A stretch of DNA of 64,000 nucleotides from positions 6 through 64,005 of the forward strand of contig JBBSLJ010000004.1 in assembly GCA_038255465.1 (NCBI GenBank). The letters are read 5' to 3'. Source of the DNA: Candidatus Saccharimonadales bacterium (GTDB taxonomy: Bacteria; Patescibacteriota; Saccharimonadia; Saccharimonadales; JACDFO01). The position numbers were made by a program, and so were the translations under genes. Positions 16,855 through 26,772 of this stretch are shown one piece after another; within the stretch, counting starts at the first letter, position 1; each line of letters starts with the position of its first letter. Below the pieces are notes generated by a model. The model searched no databases. It was not told where the DNA came from and worked only from the letters and a program-made list of their open reading frames with translations.

Positions 16855-18318
16855 ATGAGCTCAGAAGATATTCGAAATCGATTTAGAACTGCCACTCGCC
16901 CAACGGCGCCAGTTTCGCGGCCGATTCGACCGGTGGTTACATCTCGACCAACTGCGTCACCTCAGTCGAAACACCATACGGGTGCGACAGCTTCGACTTC
17001 ATCAAGTTATCAAAACGCCAGGACGGGCGGCAACCCCGGCTATACACCCGCCATGTATGCGTCAAAATCAAAAAAATCACATAAAAAGTTATTTATTATC
17101 TTGCTTGTCGTAGCCGTCTTGCTACTAGGCGGAGGCGGAGCTTATGCGTTCAAAAATCGTCGTGACCTTAATAGTGCTTTCAGGTTGGGAACTGGTGATA
17201 AATCACCAGCGCCAGGTAACGGGATACCAAATGGTACGACCGGCGCCAGTCAGGAAAAACCAGTCGCAACCGGGACCATTCGCCTAGTCGCAACCGGTGA
17301 TATGATTGCACACGATTCGGTTAACGCAAACGCTAAAAAGCCTGACGGTAGCTACGACTACACGGCGCTCATGGCCGGCATGAAGCCATATTTTGAAAAG
17401 GCAGATATACGTTTTTGCAACCAAGCAACTCCGGCTGGCGGAGAAGGGTTCGGAATCAGCGGCTACCCGTCTTTTAATGCCCCAATTGATTTTGCGCGTG
17501 GTATTGAAGGCGTTGGATGTAACGTGATTAACGTTGGCACCAATCATACGAATGACAAGGGCCAAGGGCTCATTGATGCGACGGTGGCGGCTTGGGATGA
17601 TCGAAAGGGTGTCCTGGCAGTTGCCGGTGCCAACCGTTCTATTGGTGAGCAAAACCAGTCACGCACATTTACGATAAAGGGCGTAAAATTTGCGTTCCTA
17701 AGTTATACAACCTACAGCAACAACACTGCGCTGACGCCGTTTGGCGTCAACATGTACACCGATGCGCTAGCCACCGGCCAGGTGGCAGAAGCCAAGAAAA
17801 ACGCCGATGTCGTAATTGTCAGCATGCGCTGGGGAACCGAATACAGTCCTGATGTCAGCGCCCGCCAAGATGCAATTGCTCAGACGCTGACTAATCTTGG
17901 TGCAGACGTTATTTTAGGTCATGGCCCGCACGTGCTAGAGCCGGTTAAGAAGCTTAAAAGCACCGACGGTACCAAAGAGTCTATAGTTTGGTACTCGCTC
18001 GGCAACTTGCTTAATACGCAAATTAAAACTGAAGCTTTATTTGGCGGGTTTGCGGTTATGGATATCGATGTCGCAACTAAAAAGGTAGCAAGTACCGCCT
18101 TTATGCCGACGTATATGCACTACGAATGGACGGCTGATCAGAAGCGGACAGAGGATCTGCTAGCTCGTCGCAACCTTCAAATGGTGCCGCTTGACCAAGC
18201 AAAAGAACTCTTAGCCAAGTCGCTCCTAGGCACTACCGTCGAAGCCCAGACTAATCGTATAAAAGGCGTATTAAACAAGTTTACTGAAGTTAAAATTATC
18301 ACCTCCAGCGAGTTCTAG
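16855..18318 (+). CDS. CapA-family metallophosphoesterase-like protein with disordered N-terminus and TM anchor
   Basis: LVATGDMIAHDSV, NVGTNHTND, ILGHGPHV blocks typical of CapA/PGA_cap family. Confidence 0.8.
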   Translation: MSSEDIRNRFRTATRPTAPVSRPIRPVVTSRPTASPQSKHHTGATASTSSSYQNARTGGNPGYTPAMYASKSKKSHKKLFIILLVVAVLLLGGGGAYAFKNRRDLNSAFRLGTGDKSPAPGNGIPNGTTGASQEKPVATGTIRLVATGDMIAHDSVNANAKKPDGSYDYTALMAGMKPYFEKADIRFCNQATPAGGEGFGISGYPSFNAPIDFARGIEGVGCNVINVGTNHTNDKGQGLIDATVAAWDDRKGVLAVAGANRSIGEQNQSRTFTIKGVKFAFLSYTTYSNNTALTPFGVNMYTDALATGQVAEAKKNADVVIVSMRWGTEYSPDVSARQDAIAQTLTNLGADVILGHGPHVLEPVKKLKSTDGTKESIVWYSLGNLLNTQIKTEALFGGFAVMDIDVATKKVASTAFMPTYMHYEWTADQKRTEDLLARRNLQMVPLDQAKELLAKSLLGTTVEAQTNRIKGVLNKFTEVKIITSSEF

Positions 18319-19097
18319 TTGTACGAAGGTGCCGGCGGCAGGTTAAAGTATTCTTCTAATGTCTGGACGCCCGTGCGGTGCATTTCGATAGCAAGCTCTT
18401 TGCCGACAAACCGCATGTGCCACGGCTCATAGTCATATCCGGTGATTGCTTCCTTGCCTTGAGCGTAGCGAACAATAAAACCATAGGTATGCGCATTAGC
18501 TACTAGCCATTTTCCTTCTGGCGTATCCGCAAAACACTTTTCAAGATGACAGGCACCGTTGCTGGCCGTTGCGTCAAACGACAAGCCGGTTTGATGTTCG
18601 GACGTGCCGGGCCGGGCAGAATAACGGTCTGCAGCTTCTTGTCCATCACTAGCAACATAACTGTTATAAAATTGCCGCTGCAAAGCTTCTGAGCGGTAAC
18701 CGCTGCCAAAAACTAAGTCAATACCATCCTGCTTGGCAGCTGCGAACAGTTCCTCAAGCGCAGGCGTTGCAGATTTTCTGTACTGCATCTGTTCCGCGCT
18801 GGCGGCCAGCCGTAATTTTACGGGTGGTACACCAAGGTCGGGCGGCACATAACCGGCCGGCAAGGGACGTTTTTTGTTCACCACCCACCAAGGGCTATCG
18901 GAATTGTCGAGGGCGAACATATTTTTGTTAAAGCCCTGTGGTTCAACCGGCTTATTCTGACCATCCTGAGCAGGTTGCTGGCTTTGCTGATCCACAGTCG
19001 ACTTATTGTCCTTACGAGGCAGCAACAGATATGCAGTCACTCCTATAGCAACGACTGCAGTCACTATAACAAGTGCCGTGACACGTTTTTTGTTCAT
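18315..19097 (-). CDS. M15-family D-alanyl-D-alanine carboxypeptidase (VanY-like), membrane anchored
   Basis: SGYRS, PGTSEHQTGLSFD, EPWHMRF zinc-peptidase motifs; ATG 19097 (MNKKRV + TM) preferred over 19118. Confidence 0.88.
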   Translation of the reverse strand: MNKKRVTALVIVTAVVAIGVTAYLLLPRKDNKSTVDQQSQQPAQDGQNKPVEPQGFNKNMFALDNSDSPWWVVNKKRPLPAGYVPPDLGVPPVKLRLAASAEQMQYRKSATPALEELFAAAKQDGIDLVFGSGYRSEALQRQFYNSYVASDGQEAADRYSARPGTSEHQTGLSFDATASNGACHLEKCFADTPEGKWLVANAHTYGFIVRYAQGKEAITGYDYEPWHMRFVGKELAIEMHRTGVQTLEEYFNLPPAPSYN

Positions 19098-19114
19098 GAC
19101 ATAAGTATATACGA

Positions 19115-19190
19115 CCATGAGAAACCCCGTGCGGGTTTCTCATCGCGCGGGGCTTTGGCGGAGCCAAAGTCTCCGGCTGCTCTTCCTGAA
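19115..19190 (+). repeat. Repeat family 1, copy A (double hairpin + GCTGCTCTTCC tail)
   Basis: ATGAGAAACCC-CGTGC-GGGTTTCTCAT then GGGGCTTTGGC-GGA-GCCAAAGTCTC then CGGCTGCTCTTCCTGAA; near-identical to copy B. Confidence 0.85.
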
Positions 19191-19242
19191 GCTACACCAA
19201 ACTGGACAGAGCCAGCATAGGGTGCGAGAATTAAGGATACTA

Positions 19243-19815
19243 ATGGCAGATAAGAACAAAATTCCGACCAAGTTATTATGGGTTGATTTAGAAATGACGG
19301 GATTGAGCCCAAATGACGATGTCTTACTTGAAATTGCCGTCGAGATTACAGATTTTACATTTAAAACACTCGAGAGCTACGAAGCGCGAATCGCGCAGGA
19401 TTATGACACCGTAGTTGCCCGCATGCAGCAGAATATCTGGTGGAGAGATTATCCTGCGAATCGCGATGATTTCTTGAGTCGCCTAGGTGAAGGGAAGTCA
19501 CTGGCTGAGGTTGAAGGCGATATGCTCGCGCTTGTGTCGCGCCACTGGACGGATGAAATGGCGGTGATTGCCGGAAACTCAATTTACAACGACAGGTTAT
19601 TTATCAAGCAGTGGATGCCCGAATTGGATCTAAAACTACATTATCGAATGCTCGATGTAAGTAGTTTCAAGATACTGATGCAGGGCAAGAACGGCGTCGT
19701 TTTTGAAAAACAGGAAGTTCACCGCGCTTTTGACGATATCCAAGCCTCAATAGCCGAACTTCAACACTACATTGATTGGTTCAAGGAGCCTTCCGATGAC
19801 ACACAAAGAAGTTGA
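19243..19815 (+). CDS. orn: Oligoribonuclease
   Basis: LLWVDLEMTGL (ExoI), H-x4-D VHRAFDDI; AAGGA at 19233-19237; the ORF extension to 19117 reads through repeat A and is rejected. Confidence 0.92.
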   Translation: MADKNKIPTKLLWVDLEMTGLSPNDDVLLEIAVEITDFTFKTLESYEARIAQDYDTVVARMQQNIWWRDYPANRDDFLSRLGEGKSLAEVEGDMLALVSRHWTDEMAVIAGNSIYNDRLFIKQWMPELDLKLHYRMLDVSSFKILMQGKNGVVFEKQEVHRAFDDIQASIAELQHYIDWFKEPSDDTQRS

Positions 19816-20140
19816 GACGTATGTGCTTAGTATGCCGAACGCCAAGCTAGAGTACCCGTTTGGCGAAGAAGTTGCGGTGTACAAAGTAGATGACAAGATG
19901 TTTGCTTTAATCCCCGAAGGCAAAGATCCTCTTCGGATTAGCCTGAAATGTGATCCGCAGCTGGCGGTGTTACTGCGGGATAAATATGAAACGGTGATGG
20001 AAGGTTATCACTTAAACAAAAAGCACTGGAATACGATTCTTTTAACAGGCCAGCTTGAATGGGATGAAATAAAAGGGCTTATCCTGCACAGTTATAATTT
20101 GGTCGCTGGCATCAACCCGTCAGTTCCAAGCATCGAATAG
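19796..20140 (+). CDS. MmcQ/YjbR-family protein
   Basis: EYPFGEEVAVYKVDDKMFALI ... LKCDP ... HLNKKHWNT pattern; AAGGAG at 19783-19788. Confidence 0.8.
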   Translation: MTHKEVETYVLSMPNAKLEYPFGEEVAVYKVDDKMFALIPEGKDPLRISLKCDPQLAVLLRDKYETVMEGYHLNKKHWNTILLTGQLEWDEIKGLILHSYNLVAGINPSVPSIE

Positions 20141-20779
20141 CTACTCTGTTTTAGATGCTACGCCGGCTAGGGTGTTGGCACTTTCGTATTGTTTTGTTAG
20201 TGCGGTTTTTAGCTTCTTGCTGGTGGCGCCGTCATATGCCGACTTAACTGCTTTTTGATAGTTTGTAAGACTATCTTTCATAACCTTTAAAAATTCTTCG
20301 TCAAAGCGGTTGTTTTGCTCTGCTGTGGTTAGGATTTGGTCGGTTTTGGCGTTGCCGCTACTTTTTAAGACAGAGTTGGCTTTAAGACCGGCCGCTTCAA
20401 TGGCTGTTTTCATGTCATCTTGCTCGGACTCAAGCGCCAGCAGAGTAGTAACAGCAATATTCTTAGCGTCCTGAGTTCTAGCCTTTTGAATACCTATCTT
20501 AGATATCCGTATCAGCTCTTGTTGCTGTTTTGCGGCCGATACCAGGGACGCCGTATCACCCTTGGCGGCACTGTTTAAAAAGCCAATAACAGTCATTATA
20601 AGAAAGATTAGAACAAGTGCGGCAACGGCAGCAACGATAATGCGACTTTTTTTACTTCCGCCGCCGGGGAACAATGACTTTTTGGCATACTGATTTGGTG
20701 AAAAAATAAAATCGTACTGATCCTGCTTGGACCCATTAGGTGCTGGCGGCGGTGCCGGAGGAGCTTCTTGCATAACCAT
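20141..20779 (-). CDS. Hypothetical single-pass membrane protein
   Basis: Pro-rich N-terminus, one TM (IIVAAVAALVLIFLIMTVIGF), helical ectodomain; no family recognised. Confidence 0.6.
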   Translation of the reverse strand: MVMQEAPPAPPPAPNGSKQDQYDFIFSPNQYAKKSLFPGGGSKKSRIIVAAVAALVLIFLIMTVIGFLNSAAKGDTASLVSAAKQQQELIRISKIGIQKARTQDAKNIAVTTLLALESEQDDMKTAIEAAGLKANSVLKSSGNAKTDQILTTAEQNNRFDEEFLKVMKDSLTNYQKAVKSAYDGATSKKLKTALTKQYESANTLAGVASKTE

Positions 20780-20787
20780 TATAATAT

Positions 20788-20821
20788 AGGTTTTAGGCTA
20801 TAGGTGCTAGGTTATAGCGTT
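20788..20821 (+). repeat. Repeat family 2 (TAGGTT-type), copy R1
   Basis: AGGTTTTAGGCTATAGGTGCTAGGTTATAGCGTT, about 29/34 identical to 58959-58994. Confidence 0.75.
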
Positions 20822-20896
20822 ACAAAAATGTAAAATAGTAAAAACTATTACCTAGAAACTATTACCTCCAACCTGTTGGCTATATAATAGCCAAGT

Positions 20897-22630
20897 ATGG
20901 ATGCCGTTGAGGACATAAAACAGCGTTTGGCAATTGAGGACGTTATTGGCGAATACGTCCAGCTTAAGCGCGCCGGCCGCAACTTCAAAGGCCTCAGCCC
21001 ATTTACATCAGAAAAGTCTCCAAGCTTCATAGTTAGTCCTGAAAAACAGATTTGGCACGACTTCAGCTCGGGCAAGGGCGGCAGCATGTTCAGCTTTATT
21101 ATGGAAGTCGAGGGTTTGGATTTTAGGGCGGCGCTTGAGCACCTGGCGCGCAAAGCCGGCATTGATATGAGTCAGTACCAGAGCGGTCGCAGTGCCGATA
21201 CCAGCAAGCTCAAAGACCGCCTGCACCAAGTGCTTGCAGCGGCTGCTAAGTTTTATCAAGTGCAGTTTAGTCACAGCAAAACAGCGCTTGAATACGTATT
21301 TAACACTCGCGGTTATAGCAAAGATACAGCCCTGCGTTTTCAAATCGGCTATGCACCCAACAATGGAACGGCCCTGGTTGATTACATGCAGAAGAAGGGG
21401 TTCACAGAAAAAGAGCTCACTCAGGCCGGTCTGACTGCTAGACGCTATCGGGGTGTCGGTGATATGTTCCGCGGCCGTTTGATGATTCCGCTCCATGACG
21501 CCCAAGGCCAGGTCATTGGTTTTACCGCCAGACTGCTTGAAGACCTGCCTGACGCGCCTAAATATATCAACACCCCCCAAACGCTTTTGTATGACAAAAG
21601 CCGGCACGTTTACGGGCTGCACCTAGCCAAAGATGCCATCAGAAAATCCGGTTTTGCCGTTTTGGTTGAAGGTAATCTCGATGTCATCGCCAGCCATCAA
21701 GCAGCTGTCAATCAGGTCGTGGCAACCGCCGGTACGGCCATGACTGAATCACACCTCAAGGTACTCAAACGGTTTACTGGTGATATTCGTTTGGCCTATG
21801 ACGCCGACAAAGCAGGGCAGGCAGCCACTGAGCGGGCAATTCCGATTGCCAGCAAAGTCGGCGTTGATCTCAGCATGATTACTATTCCTGCCGGCAAAGA
21901 CCCGGATGATCTAATCAAACAGGATGTAGCTGCTTGGCAGCGTGTCATTACGAAGCACGAGAATGCGCTGGATTGGCTTATCGAGCGGTACAGACAACAA
22001 CTGAACCTTGAAACGGCCGCAGGCAAGCGCCAGTTCAGCGACGTTACGCTTAGTGTTGTCCGGCAGCTGCCCGACGCAGTCGAGCGCGAGCATTTTATTG
22101 CAAAAATTGCCGGCATTATTGGGGTAACAACAGAGGCGCTTCAAAGCAGGCTCAAAGCAGATGCGCAAACACCGAAACGGCGTACGAAAGTTGTTCAGCC
22201 CACGTCAGCTATGAAAATTGATGACACCAAAAACCAAAATCATTTCCTGAGCCTTATGCTCATGCAACCAGCTTTACGGAGTTATCTTGAGCCGATAACT
22301 GAAGCTATGCTTTACGCCGAACCGGCCCGTCAAATATGCAGTTTTCTGATACAAAACCCAACGTTTAGCGGCGACCCCAAAGAGGCGGCAGTATTGCACG
22401 ATATCTCAGACTATGTTAAAATCTTAAGTCTACAGTTCGAAGAACTATACCAGGGCATCGAGTTATTAGAGCTTCGTAATGAAGCCGCTCGGCTGCAAGC
22501 CCGCGTTATTGAACACTATGTTAAAACCATGAAAGGCCCGTTAATCGAAGCGATGCGGACCGCCGAAGAGCCGGAGCGAACCCGGCTATTATCTGAGGCC
22601 AGGGGCCTCGATGAGTTACTGAAAAATTAA
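20897..22630 (+). CDS. dnaG: DNA primase with a cysteine-free zinc-ribbon region
   Basis: SPFTSEKSPSF...HDFSSGKGG aligns to CPFHxEKTPSF...HCFGCG; TOPRIM LVEGNLDVIA and YDADKAGQAA. Confidence 0.93.
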   Translation: MDAVEDIKQRLAIEDVIGEYVQLKRAGRNFKGLSPFTSEKSPSFIVSPEKQIWHDFSSGKGGSMFSFIMEVEGLDFRAALEHLARKAGIDMSQYQSGRSADTSKLKDRLHQVLAAAAKFYQVQFSHSKTALEYVFNTRGYSKDTALRFQIGYAPNNGTALVDYMQKKGFTEKELTQAGLTARRYRGVGDMFRGRLMIPLHDAQGQVIGFTARLLEDLPDAPKYINTPQTLLYDKSRHVYGLHLAKDAIRKSGFAVLVEGNLDVIASHQAAVNQVVATAGTAMTESHLKVLKRFTGDIRLAYDADKAGQAATERAIPIASKVGVDLSMITIPAGKDPDDLIKQDVAAWQRVITKHENALDWLIERYRQQLNLETAAGKRQFSDVTLSVVRQLPDAVEREHFIAKIAGIIGVTTEALQSRLKADAQTPKRRTKVVQPTSAMKIDDTKNQNHFLSLMLMQPALRSYLEPITEAMLYAEPARQICSFLIQNPTFSGDPKEAAVLHDISDYVKILSLQFEELYQGIELLELRNEAARLQARVIEHYVKTMKGPLIEAMRTAEEPERTRLLSEARGLDELLKN

Positions 22631-22660
22631 GCATTTGTAAGTTCTAAACAAGGAGCAAGT

Positions 22661-23788
22661 ATGGCGGATAAAAAAGTGGTCGCTGCACCAGCAGAGGACG
22701 AGACTAATTTTGAACAAATTAAACTGAAGATGGTCGAAAAAGCCAAAAAAGAAGGCAAGATTGACCAGCGCGCAATTCTAGCATCAATACCTGATGTGCC
22801 AGAAAACGCAGAAGTTCTGGACGCTCTTTACACTGAGCTAGCCGATTTAAATGTGGATGTGGTTGGCGCTACAGAGCCCAATGTCGAAGTGTTCACCGAT
22901 GAATGGGCCGTGGAAGAAGAAGAAGTGGTGGTGCCAGAGCAGGTGTACCTTGATGACATTGCCGACGACTCAGTTCGTTTATACCTGCGTGAAATTGGTA
23001 AAATCCCGCTGCTAACAGCCGAACAAGAACTGGCACTAGCTCAACGTGTTGTAGCCGGCGAAAAGCGCGCCAAAGACCAGATGGCCGAAGCAAATATGCG
23101 TCTAGTGGTTTCTATTGCCAAGCGTTACGTTGGCCGCGGCCTGGACCTGCTTGATCTTATTCAAGAAGGTAATACGGGTTTGCTTCGTGCGGTTGAAAAG
23201 TTTGACCCGGACAAAGGCTTTAAGTTCAGTACATACGCCACCTGGTGGATTCGCCAAGCCATTACCAGAGCTATCGCTGACCAAGCGCGTACTATTCGTA
23301 TCCCCGTGCACATGGTTGAGACCATCAACAAATTGCTCCGAACCCAGCGCCGTTTAACTCAGGAGCTCAATCGAGAGCCATCAAACGAAGAAATTGCCCA
23401 GGCAATGGAAATCGAAGTTGAGAAGGTCGAACATATTATGAAGATTAAGCAGGACATTTCATCATTAGACGCCAGTGTTCGTGACGATGAAGAAGACTCA
23501 GTGCTGGCAGATTTCATTGAAGATGAAGATACGGTAAGTCCCGAAGAGTCCGCCACCGGCTCACTGCTTAAAGAGCATGTTAAAGAAATGCTTTCGAGCC
23601 TAACCGAACGCGAACAAAAGATTTTGAAGCTGCGCTTTGGCCTAGAAGACGGCAAAAGCCACACGCTAGAAGAAGTAGGGCAGGAATTTAGCGTCACCCG
23701 CGAGCGTATCCGCCAGATTGAAGCCAAAGCTCTTGCAAAACTGCGTAAGCACAAAGACTCCAAAAAACTCCACGATTACATCAAGTAG
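22661..23788 (+). CDS. rpoD: Primary RNA polymerase sigma factor
   Basis: Region 2 [17 protein letters not shown], region 4.2 [23 protein letters not shown]. Confidence 0.96.
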   Translation: MADKKVVAAPAEDETNFEQIKLKMVEKAKKEGKIDQRAILASIPDVPENAEVLDALYTELADLNVDVVGATEPNVEVFTDEWAVEEEEVVVPEQVYLDDIADDSVRLYLREIGKIPLLTAEQELALAQRVVAGEKRAKDQMAEANMRLVVSIAKRYVGRGLDLLDLIQEGNTGLLRAVEKFDPDKGFKFSTYATWWIRQAITRAIADQARTIRIPVHMVETINKLLRTQRRLTQELNREPSNEEIAQAMEIEVEKVEHIMKIKQDISSLDASVRDDEEDSVLADFIEDEDTVSPEESATGSLLKEHVKEMLSSLTEREQKILKLRFGLEDGKSHTLEEVGQEFSVTRERIRQIEAKALAKLRKHKDSKKLHDYIK

Positions 23789-23856
23789 TTGAGATGAGGT
23801 GACTCCTCCTCTCAACGCGCCGGGCTTGGCCAGGCCAAAGTCTCGGGCTGCTCTCC
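23789..23856 (+). repeat. Repeat family 1, copy C (subtype TTGAGA...TCTCAACGCGCCGGG)
   Basis: TTGAGATGAGG-TGACT-CCTCCTCTCAA, CGGGCTTGGCCAGGCCAAAGTCTCGGGCTGCTCTCC; closest to copy D. Confidence 0.8.
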
Positions 23857-23919
23857 ACCCGCAAGGAAACAAAAAGTCCGGAATAAATCTCGCGGTTTAT
23901 TTATGACAAGTCAATGATT

Positions 23920-24882
23920 TTATAGGGTTTCTACCCGTGGATCATCAATGGCACCAAGGCTGCGCTGGTACTCCTCTTCTGCACCAAAAAGCGTTGCTAG
24001 CCTTGTCGCGTAAAATTCTACGTTATAATCGTGGAGCAATTGCCTGGTCAGCCTAGCCTCCGGTACTTTATATATATCAATCAAAGGTACACCCTCATAG
24101 CCCGGCTTATAGTTTCTTCGTATATCTGCCTCGAATGCTCTGTTGGTGGCAATCCTATTATTGCCGTTGGTCTTAGTCCAATAGTCACCTTGAGTCCTAA
24201 GGCTGTAGCCGTCCTCCTGATCCGTTGTTCCATACGCATTTTGATCTAGTAGGGGCTTACTAAGCTCTTCTAGGGTTAATTTTTCTACGTAGTCCTTCTT
24301 TGTAAGCGATGTTCGTACGACCATTAATTTAGGGTTTCCAACTTCTACGGCCGACATCAACAGCATGTCAATCTCTGGGCCTTTACGCCACTTTCGTTCG
24401 CCAATAAACCGTTCGCCAATTTGGTAGTAGGGGGTTGCAGCGTAGTGAGTGATAACATTTTCGTACCCACCTTCAACACCTTTCCTAGTATCGCTAGTTC
24501 TATCCCACCATACGCTTGCTTCAAACAAGCGAACCTCTTGCAGATCATGCGCCCTAAGCTCGGCTGGCCGGTGTAAGGCGTGGGGAGAACCTACGACTGG
24601 CTCCAAGTCGTGAACTTCGGCACGTGGTAAGGCGCCAGCAAACTCAACCAGGGCTTTGGTCACTTCTTGCTGTTCTGCTTGTAGTTTCTCTTCTAGTTGT
24701 TGGGCGGTTAAAGCTTCAGCCGTTTCACGTAGCCTATGTGTTTCTATGGAACCAGCGGTGTCGGCCGCGGCTACTTCCCCAAGTTTGCGCATTAGAAGCG
24801 CCGCTTTACGCATTTCTTCTAGAGCCTCTTTACGAAGGGCACTGGTTTGATCATGTTCGGTGGTTAGATGATTCACATTCAT
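23920..24882 (-). CDS. Hypothetical protein, 320 aa (coiled-coil N-terminus)
   Basis: Long uninterrupted ORF; overlapping plus-strand ORFs are short shadows; no family recognised. Confidence 0.6.
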   Translation of the reverse strand: MNVNHLTTEHDQTSALRKEALEEMRKAALLMRKLGEVAAADTAGSIETHRLRETAEALTAQQLEEKLQAEQQEVTKALVEFAGALPRAEVHDLEPVVGSPHALHRPAELRAHDLQEVRLFEASVWWDRTSDTRKGVEGGYENVITHYAATPYYQIGERFIGERKWRKGPEIDMLLMSAVEVGNPKLMVVRTSLTKKDYVEKLTLEELSKPLLDQNAYGTTDQEDGYSLRTQGDYWTKTNGNNRIATNRAFEADIRRNYKPGYEGVPLIDIYKVPEARLTRQLLHDYNVEFYATRLATLFGAEEEYQRSLGAIDDPRVETL

Positions 24883-25069
24883 AATATAGACCGTAAGACT
24901 ATTTACTACTAGATAATAGCATAAGTACTATGATAAGTCAATATCAACAACGGGGGTAATCCCGCCCTGTTGGTACAGATCCATGTAAAGGAGGACAATC
25001 ACGGGCATGTACAACCTTAAGCAAATCCCGAGTGAAACACAGATAAGCGGCGGCTTGAGATACTTGAGA

Positions 25070-25636
25070 CTAGATGAAGTCTACTTGGTGTAAGAGGTGT
25101 TCCAGACGTTCGATTAGGGCGTACGGGTCTTCTTCGTTGACGATAGTGTAATCGGCATTAGCAATCGGGCCGCCTTTTTCCAGATTCTCAATCTCGGCAT
25201 ATTCACGGCTGGTTACTTCGGCTTCTGTGAGCGGCCTAACAGGGCGGTGGGCTAATCGCTCGTGGCGAATATGACGCGGGGCAGCGATCGCAACAATAAG
25301 GGCATTCTTTCCGAATGTTTCCTTGAATAGTTTATATTCCGTCCAGCTATAAAGACCGTCGGCAACCACCCGGTCGTGCGTTTTAAACAGTTCATTAATT
25401 TTCAAGATAATTCGTTGTGCGTAGGCGCCTTTTCCTTCTTTGGCGCGTATATCTTCACGTACGAACTTCTTATTAGTTTCGTTTACTATCAGCCCGCGTG
25501 CCTTAACCTCGTCAATGGTTATGCCGCCAAAATAAACCGAAGGAATTCCTTTTTCTTCAAGGTGTGTAATGCAAAAACTTTTGCCCGCACCAGGCATCCC
25601 TACTAAGGCCAAGACTTTTTTATCTGTATTACTCAT
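25070..25636 (-). CDS. P-loop nucleotide kinase-like protein (UPF0200 / archaeal adenylate-kinase-like type)
   Basis: Walker A GMPGAGKS and overall layout resembling archaeal UPF0200 proteins (from memory). Confidence 0.65.
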   Translation of the reverse strand: MSNTDKKVLALVGMPGAGKSFCITHLEEKGIPSVYFGGITIDEVKARGLIVNETNKKFVREDIRAKEGKGAYAQRIILKINELFKTHDRVVADGLYSWTEYKLFKETFGKNALIVAIAAPRHIRHERLAHRPVRPLTEAEVTSREYAEIENLEKGGPIANADYTIVNEEDPYALIERLEHLLHQVDFI

Positions 25637-25662
25637 ACCGGCCGAGTATACTATAAGGACTT

Positions 25663-26772
25663 ATGACCCGCCAAACTACTGCAGAATTAGACATAGAAGT
25701 ATTCAAAACAAAGCTTAATGAATATAAGGAGCTGATTGATGACGATATTGCTGGCTACTGCAAATATGTTGAGGAAACAACCCTGCAACAGTATGGCGCC
25801 TCTGCACGGTTAGTTGCGGACGGATATTTGGATATAGTAAAACGGGGCGGTAAGCGCATCCGCGGGGCGCTGGTAATGCTTGGCTATGAAATGAGCGGCG
25901 GCAAAAACCAAGCAATGATTTTGCAGGCGGCCCGTGCTATCGAAATGATTCATGCTTATTTGCTTATCATGGACGATATACAGGACCGAAGTTTAACCCG
26001 GCGCGGCGGCCCAACGGTTCCAGTAATGCTAGCTGGTTATCATCGCAAACATCACCTTGCAGGTGACGCCAAACACTTTGGTATCGCGATGGCTCTAAAT
26101 GCGATGGGAATCGGCAACCATGCGGCTCAAATAATTATGGCCAACCTGGACGCTCCCGAGCACCTGCGCCTAAATGTTATCAGTATTCTCAACCGATCAA
26201 TTGTGGTGACCGCTCATGGTCAAACCAACGACATTATGAACGAGGTCATAGCGACAGTTGATGAAGCATCAATTGAACGAGTAATGGAATGGAAAACGGC
26301 GCACTATACATTTTTAAATCCGTTGCACGTCGGTATGGTCCTGGCCGGTGCGGATTGCCACGCAACCGATGCTATTACTGACTATGCAATTCATGCCGGC
26401 AAGGCGTTTCAAATTACTGACGATATCCTGGGGACGTTTGGAAGCGAATTCGAGAGCGGCAAAAGCCCCATGGATGACACCAGGGAAGGTAAGCGTACGG
26501 TACTCAGCGCTTACGCGCTTAAAAACAGCAGCAATAGCAATAAAAACTTTTTACTGCAGACGCTCGGCAGCGAAAAGCTGACACCAGCCGAGTTTGAACG
26601 GTTCAAAGATATTCTATTGGAATCTGGTGCACTTGCGCACGCCCAAAATCGAGCCGAACAGCATATTGAACAAGCCTTGGCGTCACTCGAGCATGAATCA
26701 AAGCGGTGGAATACTGAAGGAGTAAAATTTTTGCACGGCCTGGGCCAGTACCTGCTAACCAGAACCTCCTAA
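25663..26772 (+). CDS. Polyprenyl diphosphate synthase (GGPP-synthase-like)
   Basis: First Asp-rich motif LLIMDDIQD, second FQITDDILG. Confidence 0.88.
   Translation: MTRQTTAELDIEVFKTKLNEYKELIDDDIAGYCKYVEETTLQQYGASARLVADGYLDIVKRGGKRIRGALVMLGYEMSGGKNQAMILQAARAIEMIHAYLLIMDDIQDRSLTRRGGPTVPVMLAGYHRKHHLAGDAKHFGIAMALNAMGIGNHAAQIIMANLDAPEHLRLNVISILNRSIVVTAHGQTNDIMNEVIATVDEASIERVMEWKTAHYTFLNPLHVGMVLAGADCHATDAITDYAIHAGKAFQITDDILGTFGSEFESGKSPMDDTREGKRTVLSAYALKNSSNSNKNFLLQTLGSEKLTPAEFERFKDILLESGALAHAQNRAEQHIEQALASLEHESKRWNTEGVKFLHGLGQYLLTRTS

Noticed and set aside
19117-19242. N-terminal extension of orn (ORF track start 19117); similar extensions occur at 43680, 8661, 9460, 15932, 40732 and 49167
   Set aside because: The extensions read through repeat elements, promoters or the neighbouring gene and have non-protein-like sequence. 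Internal ATGs with an SD or leaderless promoter geometry give N-termini that match the families.
21008-21622. 204-aa minus-strand ORF inside dnaG
   Set aside because: It is antisense to a primase frame with clear TOPRIM motifs, so it is a shadow ORF.
25007-25093. 28-aa ORF (MYNLKQIPSETQISGGLRYLRLDEVYLV) after an AAGGAGG
   Set aside because: The SD-to-ATG spacing is about 12 nt. The ORF overlaps the 3' end of the convergent kinase-like gene, and I cannot assess conservation. The evidence is insufficient.
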